Origin: Paraphysomonas bandaiensis
Taxonomy: Eukaryota > Protista > Chrysophyceae
Assembly: GCA_965644295.1 (NCBI GenBank)
Contig: CBFFRP010000426.1
Span: forward strand, 425,451 to 489,450
Direction: 5' to 3'
Length of the DNA: 64,000 nucleotides
The stretch's first letter is position 1; the number at the start of each line of letters is the position of its first letter. The translations under genes were made by a program, and so were the position numbers. The notes under the pieces were generated by a model. It ran no database searches. It had not been told where the DNA came from and saw only the letters and a list, made by a program, of their open reading frames with translations. Shown here piece by piece: positions 59,501-64,000 of the stretch.

Positions 59501-62283
59501 CTATTGCTAACCCGAGGTATAACACCGGGTGCAGCCACTATATATGAATAATAAGGAAATGTAAGAGAGAAGAAAAGAAAAGAAGAAGAAGAATATGTTT
59601 GTTATTAAGCCTTACAACAGCTCAGGCACCCCCAAGCTCTTATAATTAGACACCTCTAACTACGTGTTAAGGTGTAAGGCACTATAACATAAATCTGAAC
59701 AGCAAGCAGAACACAAAATAACTCATAAAGAACCACTCATGTTCTACAAGCTATCTAGAAGCACACAATAACATCTAGAACAATATTCTACAAAAGATTG
59801 TACAAGATTTGGTTGATTATGTGGACATATCAGTTTTCTGGAACACTCCCGTAGAATGCTATGAAGACCAACTCCAACCAACACCAGCACACCAAAATGA
59901 GAATATTGTCCAATCATATGCTTGTACTCAACAATATACCGTCACTGTACTATAGACCATATACAGATATACAACAGCACAATACTGTATACTCGGAATC
60001 ATATACAGCATCATACAATCGTATATACAGAAGAGTACAAGGTCTCATACATCCCGCATACCAGAGTAGCATCCAGGAGTATACAGCAAATACAGTAAAT
60101 ACAGCATACGATAAAAACAACAGTTGAGAAGAGACTGAAGATGATGATGCTCTTAACGCTCATTGCAGATACATGCCAACGCTCCATAACCAGTAAGAGA
60201 TAGACGATGAAACTTGGCACCCTAGTCAAGTCCATAATGACAGACGTCCGACGCAAGTCACGGCTCCAAACATCATGAACACGAGGAGTTAGAGTCCACT
60301 GCGCTCCACAGGAATATGAAGACCACACAGAGAGTACCAATGGCCTCATGACAAGATGAATGGACCCTCAGGCGATACAATGTGTACATATACCATACAT
60401 ACGTCATATTCATGTCATGTATATATGCAGATCGTGCTTATGACAAGACTTGGATCTTATACAAGCACGTGTACACCATACCATATAGAGATAGCAGAAG
60501 GTATGGATGAATATGAGTGCACTATATTGATATCTAATTCCTTCTATCTGCAGCGCTGGTGTGAGTCACACTCATTCTCGACATCCGTAGTCCATTATAT
60601 GCCCGCTAGAGAATAGAGAGTACGATGGAATAATAGTTGAACGCCACAGCGTTACACTACCCTTGCTTTCCTCTTTTACAGTTGGATGCCGTTGATCAGT
60701 TGTTGCAGCGCCGCTGTACACTGCCCTCTCTTCTCTCTCCTTCTCATAGTTGTTATCAATATGAACAGTCCATAGAACTCCCACACAAAAATCCCTAATG
60801 ACAAGTCAAGCAAAATCATGCCCTGATGAATCTTCTAGTAGAAAATGCTCCATGATACCATATGCTCCCGATCTCCTCTTCATAATATCTGTTAAAAATC
60901 TCTAGCTACTCAAACTCAGTAGGTGATGCACGCGCTGCAATGTAGGGGATTCCGGGGTATGAGAGTCATTGCTCCATGCACACCAAAAATCAGAGCCAGT
61001 CCGCCGAAGTTGCATCTAGAGGCTCTGTAACAGCCCAAATTGTGAATCAACACTCTAGTCTGACCCAAGGTGGCGGCCCAGGACCATGTTCCTCAAAAAT
61101 TGCCATCACCCAAGTATAAGGCCGGTTAAATCCTGGAATATTCCGGAAATCACCCATTATTCCCTGTACAGGGTTGGGGAGGAAAGACTTCTTAGTTAGG
61201 ACCAAGCTGGACTTCCCGGGACTGGAACAAATCATCTCACGTTGAGAGGACCGGAGCTGCTGTACCCCTTGAACTCGGACATGGATAGGAAGCCGCTTAG
61301 CATTAGCAGTGATTGTCTCTGTCCCTGGAACTGACACCCGCGAGGCTGAATTGCCATCCTCCTGAACCATAGATGCCTTAGGTTCCATACCAAGCTCCTG
61401 CTGAGATGAACAAAACTCTTCTTGGATCTGGTCGGCCACTTCAGTGGTAGTAACCTCTGGACAGGAAATAGGCGCATCTGAGGGGTTCTCCAGCATCTGT
61501 TCAGAATTTTGAAGCACCTCCAGAATCTGTCCAACAAACTGCTGCCCAAGTTGACGGATCATGTCTAGAGTTTTCTGACTCATCTCCTGAATGTGCTGTT
61601 CCATTCTTCGCTCGTATCTGTCAAAAATCTCCTCCACATCCTTAGAGAACGTAGTTCTGCTGGCCAGTTCCATGTGACGGGGACTATTATCTTAACTTGA
61701 TGTAGATATATCCTTCCAACAATGTTATCAAAATCTGCAGATTTAGAAGCTGCTTTTCGCTAGTAAATTTACTATTGCTAACCCGAGGTATAACACCGGG
61801 TGCAGCCACTATATATGAATAATAAGGAAATGTAAGAGAGAAGAAAAGAAAAGAAGAAGAAGAATATGTTTGTTATTAAGCCTTACAACAGCTCAGGCAC
61901 CCCCAAGCTCTTATAATTAGACACCTCTAACTACGTGTTAAGGTGTAAGGCACTATAACATAAATCTGAACAGCAAGCAGAACACAAAATAACTCATAAA
62001 GAACCACTCATGTTCTACAAGCTATCTAGAAGCACACAATAACATCTAGAACAATATTCTACAAAAGATTGTACAAGATTTGGTTGATTATGTGGACATA
62101 TCAGTTTTCTGGAACACTCCCGTAGAATGCTATGAAGACCAACTCCAACCAACACCAGCACACCAAAATGAGAATATTGTCCAATCATATGCTTGTACTC
62201 AACAATATACCGTCACTGTACTATAGACCATATACAGATATACAACAGCACAATACTGTATACTCGGAATCATATACAGCATC
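59501..62283 (-). mobile_element. Young non-autonomous element bounded by apparently identical 512-bp direct repeats (59501-60012, 61772-62283)
   Basis: No mismatch seen by eye between the repeats. Core 59505-60010 has TGCT...AGCA ends. No TSD, no TGG-type PBS, and no RT, integrase or tyrosine-recombinase coding. Confidence 0.8.
61047..61673 (-). CDS. 208-aa ORF inside the direct-repeat element, coiled-coil N-terminus (gag/ORF1-like)
   Basis: Intact ATG-to-stop ORF about 100 bp inside the right repeat. Helical, charged N-terminus. Confidence 0.5.
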   Translation of the reverse strand: MELASRTTFSKDVEEIFDRYERRMEQHIQEMSQKTLDMIRQLGQQFVGQILEVLQNSEQMLENPSDAPISCPEVTTTEVADQIQEEFCSSQQELGMEPKASMVQEDGNSASRVSVPGTETITANAKRLPIHVRVQGVQQLRSSQREMICSSPGKSSLVLTKKSFLPNPVQGIMGDFRNIPGFNRPYTWVMAIFEEHGPGPPPWVRLEC

Positions 62284-62284
62284 T

Positions 62285-62462
62285 TGAATGTCTGATTATT
62301 TAGCAATAGGCGTTGAAAGCGCACCAACAGTGGCTAGAAGAATGCTAGTCATACTAGTTAGACTACTACCCGTAACTAATCAATACAAACTCTTTTATCC
62401 TACTATTTAACGCTACAGAAGCCGCTTGTGCGTCGCCGCAAGCACCAAGGTGCAACCACTTC
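62285..62462 (+). repeat. Structured dispersed repeat, family C copy
   Basis: Matches 13272-13416 and 12540-12690. Its 3' part is inverted relative to 59446-59480. Confidence 0.8.
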
Positions 62463-62499
62463 CGTTCTTAGTGTGTTAAGTGAGGCTCGCCATGATCGT

Positions 62500-64000
62500 G
62501 TGTCCTGGGACTCACCGGCGCGTGTGATCTGGAGGTCTCCTCTGGGATGAGGACTCCACTCGCTATATGATAGATAGCCTTGTACCTCACGGGGACTGAC
62601 TTATTAGCCTTATGGCAGTTAGGGGAAACAGTAATATGCCCTTCTGAGATTGGCGATCTGGTGGCCTTCCTTTAGGCATTGTTCCAAGTGGCTCGGAGGT
62701 ATGTGGATGAAGGTCTTGCAAAAGGTTATGGCCTACTGTGAAGAAGCGTCGAAATCGGCTCTTTGCTGTCTTAGCCAGCGGTAGAGAACACATGCAAGAG
62801 GGTGTATAGCTGTACAGGTGCGGGATGTGAGGGTCATCCGTGTGTCCAGCTGCTAGGAGTCAGAGAGGGAGTGATGGTGCAAGAGGCAACATCTGATTGG
62901 AGGGGAGTGGAGACTGGCAACAGAACAAGAGTCACCGAGGTCGAGTACTCTGATAGCCCTATGCACGAGATGATCGTGATGATGATGATGCACTGAGAGA
63001 CACTCGATGTCTCAGCTGCTCTGTTAGTGTCTGTGTTGGTGCAGGGGGTACAGGCTGAGGCATAGAGTATGTGTAAGGAAGATGACGGCAAGGTATCAGA
63101 GACGAAGGGAGAGGCAGAGTAGTCATCTGGGGTTTTCTGTGAGGAGGTAGAGTGTACTGTGTGTGTGTATGACACTGCAGTGGTGTTATGAGTGTGTTGG
63201 ACAGAGAGAGAGAGCTGGTGATGTGTCCAGCAGTACAGGTAGACAGGTACATGGACATGGTGATGTGTCCAACAGTACAGGTATACAGGTACATGGACAT
63301 GGTGATGTGTCCAACAGTACAGGTATACAGGTACATGGACATGGTGATGTGTCCAACAGCAGTAGAGGTATACACGGAATGGTATACATCCTGTAGGACA
63401 CAGTAGTACAGTAGTCGAGTATACCGTATGCGGAATACAGTGTCTATCCAATGAGATGGATGGGCTGTGGGGGTGATAGGTGAACAGGGTGAGGGGGTAG
63501 CCTGTTGGGTGGATGGACCACAGACAAACCATGTTGGGTTGGGTTGAGTGGGCGGCAGAAGGCAGCCCTGTTGCACAGTTGAGAGGGATCGAGAGTATTC
63601 AGTGATTGCATAGGGGGGTCCATGGGGGTCGCTCGTGAGCCTGCTCGCACGAGCCATGTTCTGAGAGGTTGGGGAAGCCGTAGAAAGCGATGGGTGAGAC
63701 GAAGTTGTTCAAGGAGGGGATAGCACATAGGTGCGGTCAGCGCTGCATTGGTGCAGGCACGTGGTTTAACTGAAGTAGTTGAGTAGGTGGAAGGTTGCAA
63801 GGCCAGGCAGGGCTTGGAGCGTGTACAACATGGTGTGACAGGTAATTTGTCAGAAGCGTGGTGGTCAACAAAATGCAGCAGTAAGGAGCGGTAAAAGGCC
63901 CTGGGCACACTGATGTGATTCAGCCACAGTCTCAATAGAGACATTGGGCTTGGAGCTGGTTAGCCAGAGTGAAACTTTATGTTGGACTGTATTTGCCATC
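62500..64000 (-). mobile_element. Possible degenerate 3' part of a non-LTR retrotransposon
   Basis: GC-richer, strongly strand-skewed, intronless Pro/His/Leu/Thr-rich broken frames ending near ..PKGRPPD. No diagnostic RT motif in view. Confidence 0.3.
63217..63366. repeat. 42-bp minisatellite, about 3.5 copies
   Basis: Unit ggtgatgtgtccaacagtacaggtatacaggtacatggacat. Confidence 0.95.

Noticed and set aside
60820-60850. Hammerhead ribozyme core (CTGATGA...GAAA)
   Set aside because: Stem II cannot close properly. Similar partial cores at about 30000, 47444 and 48880 also lack the required stems.

Overview
Eukaryotic nuclear DNA with short (about 45-70 nt) GT-AG introns and AT-rich intergenic regions. 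Gene content and a bipartite-type presequence suggest a stramenopile, possibly a chrysophyte-like ochrophyte; this is inference, not an identification. The window holds about 15 protein genes: a Crinkler-type nuclease-like/kinase gene (5'-partial), an ankyrin protein with a 52-aa tandem repeat, Sec66/Sec71, a myristoylated IQ-C2-PH protein, WDR24 (GATOR2), an MFS transporter, SRPK, a family-16 methyltransferase with a Zn-binding insert, a secreted LecA/PA-IL-like protein, Fpg/MutM, a complete multi-exon telomerase reverse transcriptase (TERT), a TylF-like methyltransferase, a PPR-like protein, an SRPBCC protein, and a very large C-type lectin/REJ/GPS multi-pass receptor. Transposon material includes Copia relics, a solo LTR, hAT elements with 8-bp TSDs, MITEs, and a young element with apparently identical ~0.5-kb direct repeats but no TSD or PBS. 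The strongest leads are that element and its structured junction repeat, the polycystin-like lectin receptor, the LecA-like secreted protein, a recurrent upstream 10-mer (TACAGCAGTA), a possible kinase-carrying mobile unit, and a duplicated TERT fragment. Exon boundaries and alignments were read by eye; no database searches were run.
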